From contig CAVTNR010000010.1 of NCBI GenBank assembly GCA_963736115.1, positions 1 through 64,000 on the forward strand: DNA of 64,000 nucleotides, written 5' to 3'. The notes beneath the pieces are model-generated. The model had not been told where the DNA came from. It did not search any database and was given only the letters and a program-made list of their open reading frames with translations. Within the stretch, counting starts at the first letter, position 1; the number at the start of each line of letters is the position of its first letter. The stretch is from an uncultured bacterium (GTDB lineage Bacteria; Zhuqueibacterota; QNDG01; DTFT01). Made by a program: the position numbers and the translations under genes. Positions 48,222 to 57,491 of the stretch are shown here, piece after piece.

Positions 48222-49413
48222 GCAAGTCCTTCCACTTCTGGTGCCGCTTCCACTCGTTGATCATGAAATTGAGGAGGGCGGCCATGGGCACGGCGAGCAG
48301 AAGCCCCCAGAAGCCCAGGAAACGGGAAAAAATGAGGATGGAGAAGATCACGACCACGGGATGCAGGCCCACGCGGTCTCCGACGACTTTCGGCGAAACC
48401 ACCCACGCCTCGAGCGACTGGACGACCAGGAAAACGCCCGCGATCTGGAGCGCCGCCCACTGGGGATGCGCCGAAAACGGGCTTGAGAGCAGGGCCACGC
48501 CAAGGCTCACGTAGAGCCCGACATAGGGCACGATGTTGAGGATGCCGGTCACGATGCCGATCATGACCGCATACGGGTTCCCGAACAGGAAGAGCCCGAA
48601 CCAGGTGAGCAGGCCCACAATGGCGCAGACGATGAGCTGGCCCCTCAGATATCCGCCGACGATGCGGTTGGAACGCCAGAGGTAGAAATTCGCGAGGCTC
48701 TTGTACCGGCGCGGTACATATCCGAGAAGCCCGCTCTTCATCCGGCCGTAGTCTTTCAGGAGATAGAAAGTCAGCACGGGGATGAGAATGACGTTCAGGA
48801 GCCGGGTGAGCCAGGTGCCCATACCCGACAGACTGCGCAGAAGGGCGAGCATCAGTTCTTCCACCTTGGCCGGGTATCGCCGGACCAGAAAGTCCTCCTC
48901 CACCTTCGCGTAGTCGATCTGCAGGACGCCGAACAGCCGGGGCAGGTGCCGATGCGCGAGGCTGATGGCGCTCTGGATCATCTGGGGCAGGCGGACGATC
49001 AGGTCCTGGATCTCGCGCACGAGATCCGGAATGACCAGCACGGCGAGAAGGCCGAGCGCGCCGAACAGGACGGCAAAGACAACCGTGACGCCCAGCAGGC
49101 GGGGCCACCGCCGACGCTCGAAGAAATCCACCACCGGGTTGAAAAGATAGGCCAGGACGAAAGCGATGAGAAAGGGAACGACGATGCCCTGCGCGTTCGC
49201 GAGAACCCAGACACCGAGAATGATCCCGATTCCGGCGCGGAGCTTCCGGGCCAGCTCGAAATCCTTCATCTCGCTGAGCAGATAGAGGAGAAGGCCGCCC
49301 ACCAGAATGGGCGACAAAACGGACCGCGTGGACCAGAGGAAAACCACGGTCAGCAGGCAGACCGCGATCGCGGCCAGAACCGGATATTTTTCGTGTGTGC
49401 GCATGAGGACCAT
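48190..49413 (-). CDS. AI-2E family transporter
   Basis: PFLIAFVLAYLFNP, GYLRGQL, NIVPYVG, VGLHP; start may be 49404. Confidence 0.9.
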   Translation of the reverse strand: MVLMRTHEKYPVLAAIAVCLLTVVFLWSTRSVLSPILVGGLLLYLLSEMKDFELARKLRAGIGIILGVWVLANAQGIVVPFLIAFVLAYLFNPVVDFFERRRWPRLLGVTVVFAVLFGALGLLAVLVIPDLVREIQDLIVRLPQMIQSAISLAHRHLPRLFGVLQIDYAKVEEDFLVRRYPAKVEELMLALLRSLSGMGTWLTRLLNVILIPVLTFYLLKDYGRMKSGLLGYVPRRYKSLANFYLWRSNRIVGGYLRGQLIVCAIVGLLTWFGLFLFGNPYAVMIGIVTGILNIVPYVGLYVSLGVALLSSPFSAHPQWAALQIAGVFLVVQSLEAWVVSPKVVGDRVGLHPVVVIFSILIFSRFLGFWGLLLAVPMAALLNFMINEWKRHQKWKDLRVEKCRPPKD

Positions 49414-49444
49414 AAAAAAAGGAGGGCGGGGCGTCCGCCCTCCT
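49414..49444 (-). terminator. Rho-independent terminator closing the LPP20-CsgG operon
   Basis: GGAGGGCGG-ACGC-CCGCCCTCC then T7 on the minus strand. Confidence 0.8.
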
Positions 49445-49472
49445 CATGAAAGTGATTGGTCAGATGGGTTCT

Positions 49473-50381
49473 TCAGGGCAGGCGGACCAGGTCGCTTGTC
49501 TGGATGCCGCTTCCCGCCTTTACCACGGCCTTCGAAACCCTGGACCCCTCGCCCGCGAAGCCCGTCACCTCGAGCAGGCCGATCTTCTTCTCCTCGGATC
49601 CGAGGGAGAGCCCGGTGTCCGGATCGATCAGGTCCTCGCCCTTCTGAAACACGGCGAAGCGGTCCCCGATCTGCACACCGCCGTCCTGACCCGGCTTGAA
49701 GTAGACCGTCCCCTCCTTCACCAAAATGACCTTGCCGGACCATGTCGTTTCCCCGGCGTTCTCGCGGATCAGGGTCACGATGTCCTCGATCGCGGCGCGC
49801 GTGGCTTTGCCGACGATGGAATTGTCAAAAGCCGTTTCGTTGTTGAACGATCCTTCGCGCGTACTCACGGACAGTCCGCTGGACGACTGCTCCTTTCGGA
49901 CATGCTCGGCCTTCAGAATCTCGCCCGTGGTCGTGCTGATGAGCCGCACGTCGACCGCGACCGTGGCCTTCTGCTTCTTCACGCCCAGGCCGAACCCCTT
50001 CACCGTGCCGCCGATATCCTGCTTGGAATGGCCGAACTCGGTGACGCTGCCCACCACGGCCAGCTCCACGCCGAGCAGTTTTCCGAGCCGGGCCGCGCTT
50101 TCCTGCGTGACCGCGCCGGATTCGCCGAGCCTCTGCTCTTCGAGCACCGCGGCGATATCCTTGCGCTCCATGACCGTGTATTCGCCCGACTTGACCAGGG
50201 ACGTGGTCAGCATGTCGGCCATGCCGTCGCCCGGGGCGCGGCCGTCCCACCAGCGCGAGGACTGGTCGGTCTTGTCCTCGAAGGCAAATACGGCGACCCG
50301 CTTCTTGAGCTGGGCGTCCGCCGAGGCGGTCAAGCCGAATACAGCGGACAGCAGTAAAGCGATGAGCATGGATTTTTTCAT
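49473..50381 (-). CDS. CsgG/HfaB-family protein with FlgT C-terminal-like domain
   Basis: KKRVAVFAF, VMER..I..VL.EQ.L, GSVTEFG, VDVRLI..TTGEI; then G.V..G..F.V...GEDLIDPDTG.SLG. Confidence 0.85.
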   Translation of the reverse strand: MKKSMLIALLLSAVFGLTASADAQLKKRVAVFAFEDKTDQSSRWWDGRAPGDGMADMLTTSLVKSGEYTVMERKDIAAVLEEQRLGESGAVTQESAARLGKLLGVELAVVGSVTEFGHSKQDIGGTVKGFGLGVKKQKATVAVDVRLISTTTGEILKAEHVRKEQSSSGLSVSTREGSFNNETAFDNSIVGKATRAAIEDIVTLIRENAGETTWSGKVILVKEGTVYFKPGQDGGVQIGDRFAVFQKGEDLIDPDTGLSLGSEEKKIGLLEVTGFAGEGSRVSKAVVKAGSGIQTSDLVRLP

Positions 50382-50402
50382 GGCTTGATCCTTGGATGTT
50401 TG

Positions 50403-50534
50403 AGTTCATGGTTCATAGTTCATGGTTCATAGTTAAAAGAGAAGGATTGTTTTCCTCCATGAACGATGAACAATGAACCGTAATGAACCGTTTTCTTTTT
50501 CAACTATGAACTATGAACCATGAACTATGAACTT
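50403..50534. repeat. Heptamer-arm inverted repeat element, copy 5
   Basis: Four GTTCATR units; internal ATGAAC units; four YATGAAC units. Confidence 0.9.
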
Positions 50535-50537
50535 TTT

Positions 50538-51752
50538 TCATTCCCCCGTAGCCGGCGCGGCAGTGGAAGACGGAACTAAAGTGACCGTCACCCCGCCTTC
50601 GCTGACGCCCGTGACCTTGACGATGAACCCCTCCATTTTCGCCGTGGACAGACGGTTCGCCAGGTCGTCGGCGTTGCCCTTCATTTCGAGCTCGAGCACG
50701 GCGAAACCGTCGCTGAAGTCGCGCTGGGTCACGTTGGTGATGCCCCGCACATAATACTTGAGCGAATTCTTGAAGCGGTTCAGCTCGGCATAGTCGTCGA
50801 CGTTGCGGATTTTCAGGGTGAGGGTGCCGCCCGTGTTCACGTCCGTGGACCAGCGGTCGAGGATTTTCGCGATGAGCGGCTCGGCCAGGGCGTCGCAGGC
50901 CTTCTGGATGGCCTTGGTGCCGCCCGTGACGTCGTCGATGTGCGTGAACTTGCCCTGCTCCGTTCCGATGGCGAGCAGGTCGCCCGTGTCGGTCCGTATG
51001 GCCTTGACCGTCACCGTGGCCTGCTGGGAGCGGATCTTCGCGCCGAACGCCTCGACCTCCACGGCCTTGGCCAGGGCCTTGCCGACCAGGACCACTTCGG
51101 CGCCGGCCCGGCGGCCGACGGCCGCGGCCTGACGCACGTCGCCTTCCAGAATGGCGGCCTCCTTCTCCCGGTCCAGGTTCTGCCGCACCGTGGCCGCGTC
51201 CACGAATCGGAATCCCTTCTTCATGAACTGGTTCATCAGCTGGGATTCGGCCGTGTTCAGGTCGGCTTCGACGAAATGCGCCGCCGTCGCGGTTTCGCCG
51301 ATGTTCTTCTCGTCGATGAGCACCATGAGCCGGGGCGTCTTCTTGCGCCGAATCAGGGTCGCGACCGCATCGAGGTCGTCCTTGAGATCGGATACACGGA
51401 CCCACGCACGCACTTTGACCTCATAGAGCATGGCGTCCCGCTTCCCCTGTTCGAGAATTTCGTATTTCTGAATGTACCCCTGCGTCTTGCTGAAGATATT
51501 GTCCTCGACCACGGTGAAGTTCTGGGCCAGGGTCTCGGACTGAATCAGCGTGCCCAGGGTCTGCTCAATCGCGTTCCGCAGGGCGTCCTCCACGGCGTCG
51601 TCCTTGGCGTGGGCCACGTCGCCTCCCGTGATCGACCCCATGCCGAGCGCGATCACCTCGCGGATTTCCTGGCCGCGTGCCTGTCCGGACCATGCGGTCA
51701 GCGAGAGAAAAGCCGCGGCCAGGGCCGCGGCAAAAGTTTTTCGGATAATCAA
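50538..51752 (-). CDS. Exported protein with FlgT N-terminal-like domain
   Basis: A.G...I..GD...AKD.A..DALRNAIEQ..G..I.SET......V..D.I...TQGYI..Y. Confidence 0.75.
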   Translation of the reverse strand: MIIRKTFAAALAAAFLSLTAWSGQARGQEIREVIALGMGSITGGDVAHAKDDAVEDALRNAIEQTLGTLIQSETLAQNFTVVEDNIFSKTQGYIQKYEILEQGKRDAMLYEVKVRAWVRVSDLKDDLDAVATLIRRKKTPRLMVLIDEKNIGETATAAHFVEADLNTAESQLMNQFMKKGFRFVDAATVRQNLDREKEAAILEGDVRQAAAVGRRAGAEVVLVGKALAKAVEVEAFGAKIRSQQATVTVKAIRTDTGDLLAIGTEQGKFTHIDDVTGGTKAIQKACDALAEPLIAKILDRWSTDVNTGGTLTLKIRNVDDYAELNRFKNSLKYYVRGITNVTQRDFSDGFAVLELEMKGNADDLANRLSTAKMEGFIVKVTGVSEGGVTVTLVPSSTAAPATGE

Positions 51753-51771
51753 GGGATCCTCCAGTTGGCGC

Positions 51772-52932
51772 TTAAAACGTCATGCGCAGTGCGTTCTGCA
51801 GATCGCGGATGATGAGCAGGGCGTCCGCCCCGGATACCGGATCCCGCGGCTTGAACGCGCCGTCGAGGGGATCCGCCGTCTTCATGATGCCGCGGTCCAC
51901 CGCGAGGCAGACGGCGTTGTAGGCGAAATGTGTCGGATTGACGTCCGGGAACCGGCTCTCGGATCCGAAGTACTTCGACGCGAGCGATTCGTCGCCGGTC
52001 ACGGTCACGATGATGTTCTGCAGAAACAGGGCGTAATTGGAGCGGTTGATGGCTTCGTCCGGCCGGAACGTATGGTCCGGGAACACATCCATGGCGCCGG
52101 CCTTGATCACGTCCTTGATCCAGTTCGCCGCCCAGTGGCCGTCGAGGTCGGAGGCCGGTTCTTCCTTGGCCGGCGCGGCCGCGGCGTATGCGGTCGGGTC
52201 CTCGGGCGCTCGAAAACGCGTGTCATACACCCTGGGCTGGCGCTTCTGCAGGACTTCGATGAGTTTCAGCTCCTCGACGAACAGCACGGCCAGGTCGGCC
52301 CGGTCGATGGCCGGGATCAGCGCGATTTTCATGCCGATTTTCGTGCCCGGCGCCGCGCGCTGGATCTTCTGGACCAGCTCCCATTCCGCGTTGGCGGCCT
52401 TGGAATAGTCTCCCTTCAGCTCGATGACCTTGCTGAACTGCGCCGCGGCGTCGCCGAAGGCATAGGCCTCCTTGTACGCCTCGCCCTTGTGGAAGAGCGC
52501 GGCCTCGCTCCCGGCATCCAGCTTGAGCGCCTTGTCGAACTGCTTCACCGCGTTCTCGAGCCAGTCCTCGCCCTTCTTCTGCTTCGTCAGGACGCGGCCT
52601 CGGAACACGAATGCGTCGATGAATTTGGGATCTTTGGCGAGGGCCTTATCCAGCGATTCGAAGGCCTTGGCGTAGACGCCGCTCTCGGCCCGGACCAGGC
52701 CCATGCCCGCGTATCCCCCGGGATAAGAGGGATCGAGCGCCGTCGCGCGGCCGAATTCGTCCGACGCGGCGTCCGTGTTTCCGCGTTCAAGCTCGCGCAG
52801 GCCCTGCTGATAATGGTTCTCGGGCGTGTCCAGAACGGACTGCTCCTTCACCGGCTTCGGACCGCATCCCCAGATCAGAAATGCGGCCGCGAGACCCGCG
52901 AGCAGGGCGATAGGCTTCAATCGACTGACCAT
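51772..52932 (-). CDS. TPR plus S-layer homology (SLH) domain lipoprotein
   Basis: Lipobox IWGC; TPR helices; DLDGHWA..WI...MDVFPDHTFRPDEAINR and FPDVNPTHFAY. Confidence 0.85.
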   Translation of the reverse strand: MVSRLKPIALLAGLAAAFLIWGCGPKPVKEQSVLDTPENHYQQGLRELERGNTDAASDEFGRATALDPSYPGGYAGMGLVRAESGVYAKAFESLDKALAKDPKFIDAFVFRGRVLTKQKKGEDWLENAVKQFDKALKLDAGSEAALFHKGEAYKEAYAFGDAAAQFSKVIELKGDYSKAANAEWELVQKIQRAAPGTKIGMKIALIPAIDRADLAVLFVEELKLIEVLQKRQPRVYDTRFRAPEDPTAYAAAAPAKEEPASDLDGHWAANWIKDVIKAGAMDVFPDHTFRPDEAINRSNYALFLQNIIVTVTGDESLASKYFGSESRFPDVNPTHFAYNAVCLAVDRGIMKTADPLDGAFKPRDPVSGADALLIIRDLQNALRMTF

Positions 52933-52962
52933 GTGCGTTCTCCTCTCGTTCGGGACGGCCGC

Positions 52963-53859
52963 TCAATCCAGGACGAACATTACCTTGCAGTGCTGAAGGA
53001 AATTCGCGTCCACGGCCGCGCCGTGTATCCGTTTGGCGTCCGCGGCGGAGACCACCACGTCGGTCCGGTTCGGGCCGGACGCCTGGACGGCCTTCACGAC
53101 CATCGGCGTGGCGGTCACCCGGTCGTTCTTCGCCGCGCGGTTGACGTCCTTCTCGTATCCCACCATGCCGATGTCCACGGCATACTCGCGGCTGACGAAC
53201 CGGGAGCCGTACACCTCGTTTCCGGATTCGTCGACGATTCTCGGCGCCATGGCCGGACGCAGGCTGAAGCCTCGGCAGTCGATGATCAGGCCGGAGACAC
53301 CGGCCCCGGCGTCCGAGCCGCCGCCGGTTGAGCTGACGTTCGAGGGAACCGGACGGCCCGAGGGCCAGGGCTGGCCGCAGGTCGGGCACGCGGCCCCGCC
53401 GCCGGCCGCCATGAACGAGCCCCCGCCGAAAGAGGACGGCAGAACCGCGTCCGCGATGATGCCGGTCAGCGGCACCTCGACGTCGACCTCGACATCGCCT
53501 GACGACATATACCGGGTGTCCACCACGCGGAAGCCGCGAATCGCGCCTTCCACCTTGGTTTTAATGACATCGCTCGCGACAATGGCGTTCTCGACCGTGG
53601 TCTCGGAATTCAGCGCAACGCCCTTGATCGTTTCCAGCACATTTCGGAGCGCGTCCATTTTCGCGGCTCTGAGCGCGCCGGCCCTCTGCTGGGGCAGGGG
53701 CATGGCCACATTCGGCGCGCCGATTCCGGTGGCGCGCACGACCTGGCTGGTCCAGTTCACGTCGCCGGAACCGACGGATTGAACATAACCCTGGCCGGAA
53801 ACCAGGCAGGGTACGAGGGCGGCAAGCCCGATCAGGAACAGCATACGGCGGCGCATCAT
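52963..53859 (-). CDS. LPP20-like exported protein
   Basis: VNW...VRATGIGAP....RA.ALRAAK.DALRN.LE.I.GV; GLIID.RG..LRPAM.P.I. Confidence 0.75.
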   Translation of the reverse strand: MMRRRMLFLIGLAALVPCLVSGQGYVQSVGSGDVNWTSQVVRATGIGAPNVAMPLPQQRAGALRAAKMDALRNVLETIKGVALNSETTVENAIVASDVIKTKVEGAIRGFRVVDTRYMSSGDVEVDVEVPLTGIIADAVLPSSFGGGSFMAAGGGAACPTCGQPWPSGRPVPSNVSSTGGGSDAGAGVSGLIIDCRGFSLRPAMAPRIVDESGNEVYGSRFVSREYAVDIGMVGYEKDVNRAAKNDRVTATPMVVKAVQASGPNRTDVVVSAADAKRIHGAAVDANFLQHCKVMFVLD

Positions 53860-53881
53860 GGGAGAATCCTCCTGTCCGTTG

Positions 53882-54041
53882 TGAATCTGTCAGCGAGCGT
53901 ATCCCCCGCGGCTTGCCGCGGGGTAAGCGAGCGTATATCAGATGTCACTTCTCTACAGATAGAAGCTTCCCCGCCGCTTGCCTTCAATAAAAGCATATAT
54001 AATCGCTTGGTCCCGCGCAGCGGGACGGCGGGGAGCTTCAA
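53882..54041 (+). mobile_element. IS200/IS605-type MITE (PATE-like) with one 44-bp insert, just 3' of tRNA-Gly
   Basis: Intact left hairpin CCCCGCGGCTTGCCGCGGGG; right end GAAG..CCCCGCCG..CGGCGGGGAGCTTCAA. Confidence 0.75.
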
Positions 54042-54061
54042 ACACCCGAACAAAAAAAAAG

Positions 54062-54134
54062 AGCGAATGACGGGGGTCGAACCCGCGACATCCAGCTTGG
54101 GAAGCTGGCGCTCTACCAACTGAGCTACATTCGC
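54062..54134 (-). tRNA. tRNA-Gly(CCC)
   Basis: GCGAATGTAGCTCAGTTGGTAGAGC CCAGC TTCCCAA GCTGG...GGTTCGACCCC...CATTCGCT. Confidence 0.96.
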
Positions 54135-54661
54135 TTTTCGTGCATTTGAAAATGTCCGGCCAATAAATTACGAAATTTTACCTGAAAGTCAAGATTTATT
54201 TAGGGTTTCCGTACAGCGAACCATCCGGCGACGCCTGCCTATCGGTAGAGTTCTGACCTGCGGATCGGCTGTCCGGTCGCCTGGGCAGTTCGTCCAATCC
54301 AACCATAGCATTCCCGGTCTCAGGCTCCGAGTCCGGAGACGCGCACGAAAAGCCTGTTTTTGCAGCGCCGACAGGGTACAACACCCGTCATGGTCTTCTT
54401 CACTAGAGGCGGATGATAACCCGACTTGATCGGCCGGTCACGCCGGAACCTGGAAGCGCTGTTCTTCGAGTATTTTCTGTATCCGCAACGTTCCGCAACT
54501 CAGGGCAAGGTGAAAAGCACTGCGCAAGGTCGGCGGCTACCATTGCCGAAATCGGGACGCACGTCGCTTCTCCCTTGAAAATACCGACACGGCGAGCAAG
54601 AACGGCATCTCATGAGCGTGCCTGATCATCGAAACACGACCCGGACCCGCCCGTCCGACCG

Positions 54662-54937
54662 TTAATAGGTCACCCGGAAGTCCCTGTCTTTTCCGGTCCA
54701 GGGTTTCCATTCTACGGCAACGGCCTTCACCGAGGCGTAAGGATGGCCGGTTTTCAGATCGCGGATCATGGACTCGATCAGGCTCCGGTCGCCTTCAGCC
54801 GTGATTTCCACCCGGCCGTCCGGCAGATTTTTCACCCATCCGGCCAGCCCGAGCGCCGCCGCCAGACGCGTGACAAAGAAACGGTATCCGATTCCCTGGA
54901 CCATGCCGCTGACGACAATGTGGGCCTGGTGGCTCAT
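54662..54937 (-). CDS. acyP: Acylphosphatase
   Basis: SGMVQGIGYRFF, GWVKNLPDGRVE. Confidence 0.95.
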   Translation of the reverse strand: MSHQAHIVVSGMVQGIGYRFFVTRLAAALGLAGWVKNLPDGRVEITAEGDRSLIESMIRDLKTGHPYASVKAVAVEWKPWTGKDRDFRVTY

Positions 54938-55094
54938 CGGGAAACGGTTCGCCTCCGGTTCATCCGCAGTTGCGGTTAAAATTGTTGATTTTTTTCGCTA
55001 AAATCAAGCGGAAATATGCCGGTTTGCCGCAGGAACCCCGCATCATCTGATTTTCAGGCTTGCGTCAAAGGAATTTATCGAGTATCTTTATAAG

Positions 55095-56381
55095 ATGGCT
55101 CGAATCCGCGAAAAAGTCAAAACCCGGCCGGTCGACGATCTGGTCATTATCGGCGGCGGCGCGTCCGGCTTGACGGCCGCCCTGGCCGCGGCGGAAGCCG
55201 GAATCCGGCCTGTCATTCTGGAGCGGATGGACCGGGTCGGGAAAAAAATACTGGCCACTGGAAACGGCCGGTGCAACCTGACCCATCTGTCCGCGGATCC
55301 GTCCCGGTACCACGGAGCGGATCCAGCATTCACGGCTCCCGCCCTCTCCCGATTCGGCGTGGCCCGGACACTTGAACTGTTCGCGAAAATGGGTCTGGAG
55401 ACGAAAACCGAGGAAAACGGCCGCATTTTCCCGCGAACGGATCAGGCATCGGCCGTGCTGGACGTGCTCCGCTACGAGACGACCCGCCTGCAGGCGGAGG
55501 AACTCTGCCTTTCCGAAGTCAGAACGATCGAAAGCGCGGACGGGGTTTTCCGGATCTCGCTCGGAAACGGTCATGTCCGGTTCGCGTCAACGGTCGTGCT
55601 GGCCGCGGGCGGACGCGCCACGCCGGCCCTGGGCTCGAACGGCTCGGGTTTTCAGCTGGCCCGCGGTCTGGGGCATTCCGTGGTGGAACCCTTCCCCGCC
55701 ATCGTCCAGCTGAAACTGCGGGAACCGTTGCTTCGAAAACTGAAGGGCGTGAAAATCCTGGGCCGGCTCGATCTGACGACCGGCGGCGATTCCCTCGGCT
55801 CGGCGACGGGCGAGCTCCTGTTCATGGAATACGGCCTCTCCGGGCCGCCGGCCCTGAAATGCGCCAGAACCGTAAACGAACTGCTGTCCGGCGGCCGCAG
55901 GCCGTCCGTGACGCTGGACTGCTTTCCTGAAAAAAGCCCGGCCGAATGCCTCGCCCAGCTTGAATCCAGGCGGGACTCGCTCGGATACAAATCAGCCTCG
56001 GATGGCCTCGTGGGGCTGGTTCATAAACGGCTCATCCCCGTGCTTCTGGAAAAGGCCATGGTGGACCGGGACAAGCCCTGGAAAAAATTCACGGACGCGG
56101 AACTGAGGCGCCTTTCCGCCTGCCTGAAATCATGGACCTTCGAAGTGATCGGCACTCGAAGCTGGCTGGACGCGCAGGTCACGGCCGGCGGCGTCTCGAC
56201 CCGTGAAATCGTTCCTGAGACATTGGAGTCGAAACTCGTTCCGGGTCTCTTTTTCGCAGGCGAAATCATGGATGTGGACGGCGATTCGGGCGGGTACAAC
56301 CTGCAGTGGGCCTGGTCCTCGGGCCGGCTGGCCGGCGGGGCCGCGGCCGCGAAGATTCTTGCAGCAGCGGAAGGAAACTGA
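55095..56381 (+). CDS. HI0933/YhiN/BaiN family FAD-dependent oxidoreductase
   Basis: IIGGGASG, GKKILATGNGRCN, GRIFP, VTAGGV, GEIMDVDG.SGGYNLQWAWSSG. Confidence 0.94.
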   Translation: MARIREKVKTRPVDDLVIIGGGASGLTAALAAAEAGIRPVILERMDRVGKKILATGNGRCNLTHLSADPSRYHGADPAFTAPALSRFGVARTLELFAKMGLETKTEENGRIFPRTDQASAVLDVLRYETTRLQAEELCLSEVRTIESADGVFRISLGNGHVRFASTVVLAAGGRATPALGSNGSGFQLARGLGHSVVEPFPAIVQLKLREPLLRKLKGVKILGRLDLTTGGDSLGSATGELLFMEYGLSGPPALKCARTVNELLSGGRRPSVTLDCFPEKSPAECLAQLESRRDSLGYKSASDGLVGLVHKRLIPVLLEKAMVDRDKPWKKFTDAELRRLSACLKSWTFEVIGTRSWLDAQVTAGGVSTREIVPETLESKLVPGLFFAGEIMDVDGDSGGYNLQWAWSSGRLAGGAAAAKILAAAEGN

Positions 56382-56389
56382 AGAGTCAT

Positions 56390-56797
56390 ATGCCGGGACG
56401 ACATTCGCAGAAAATACTGATCATCGACGACAATCCGGCCGTGCGGAACATGCTCATCAAGCTGTTCGGGGAGTACGGGTACCGCACGGCCTCGGTGGAC
56501 GACGGACTCAAGGCCCTGCAGGCGGCCCGTGTCGAGAAACCGGACCTCATCCTGCTCGACGTCATGCTGCCGGGCATGGACGGGTTTACGGTCTGCCGCA
56601 TGATCAAGTTCGACCGCCTGCTGAGGAGCATCCCCGTCATCATCCTGACCTCCCGCATGGGCAAGGAGGACGAGAAAAGGGCCTACGAAGTGGGAGCCGA
56701 CGCCTATCTCGTCAAGGCCGTTCGCACCGTGATCATCGTCGACAAAGTCCGGGAATTGCTGAGCCGGCCCCCCGGCGCGGCCGACCCGCCCCGCTGA
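56390..56797 (+). CDS. Single-domain response regulator
   Basis: ILIIDD, LLDVMLPGMDG, LTS, GADAYLVK. Confidence 0.92.
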   Translation: MPGRHSQKILIIDDNPAVRNMLIKLFGEYGYRTASVDDGLKALQAARVEKPDLILLDVMLPGMDGFTVCRMIKFDRLLRSIPVIILTSRMGKEDEKRAYEVGADAYLVKAVRTVIIVDKVRELLSRPPGAADPPR

Positions 56798-56828
56798 ACG
56801 CAAACGAATTGAAGGGAGACAGCCCCGG

Positions 56829-57215
56829 ATGTCCCAGGCATCGGAACCGAAGAAAATACTGATCATCGATGACAACGCAGCCGTGCGGAGCACCCTGGAA
56901 GCGTTGTTCAAGGAAAGCGGCTACCGGACCGTGAGCGCGGAAAACGGACTGGACGGGCTGTACAAGGCGAAGCAGGAATCGCCGGACATCGTTCTGCTGG
57001 ACATTATGCTTCCCGGCATGGACGGATACCGGGTTTGCCGCATGATCAAGATGGACCAGAACCTGAAGCGCATTCCGGTCGTGATGCTGACGTCCCGCAT
57101 GGGCGAGGAGGACCGGGATAAGGCTTTCGAAAGCGGGGCGGACGGGTTCCTGATCAAGGCCACCCGGGTGGAGATCATCCTTCAGGAAATCCGGGATAAG
57201 CTGGGGCAGAAATAA
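56829..57215 (+). CDS. Single-domain response regulator, tandem paralog
   Basis: ILIIDD, LLDIMLPGMDG, LTS, GADGFLIK. Confidence 0.92.
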   Translation: MSQASEPKKILIIDDNAAVRSTLEALFKESGYRTVSAENGLDGLYKAKQESPDIVLLDIMLPGMDGYRVCRMIKMDQNLKRIPVVMLTSRMGEEDRDKAFESGADGFLIKATRVEIILQEIRDKLGQK

Positions 57216-57491
57216 AAAGCGATCTTACCCCGGCCGGGTCTTCCCTGTTTTTCAAATAGAGTCACCTGGTTCCGCACCGCGGGAGGCGCCCCTGCGCACC
57301 CGCGACTCCTTTTTATCCGGATCCCGAAGAAAACGTCAGGGAGACCCTTCAGGGGCAAATCGCCCTTCGGGCGACAAGCCCCTGACCCGGCTCTCCCGGC
57401 CTCGCAGGGAAGCGGTCCTCAGAGTGACATCAGTGGTTCCGCGCAGCGGCTCCCTCCCCTGCGCTTTTTTTTACCCCGTCCGCAAAAAACC

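Noticed and set aside
49473-50381. Curli biogenesis locus
   Set aside because: No csgA/B/E/F, and the protein has an extra FlgT_C-like domain and no lipobox.
53856-54119. ORFs 53856-54119 and 15029-15358 with similar peptides (GEASICREVTSDIRSLTPR)
   Set aside because: The similarity comes from translating the MITE and tRNA, so these are not genes.
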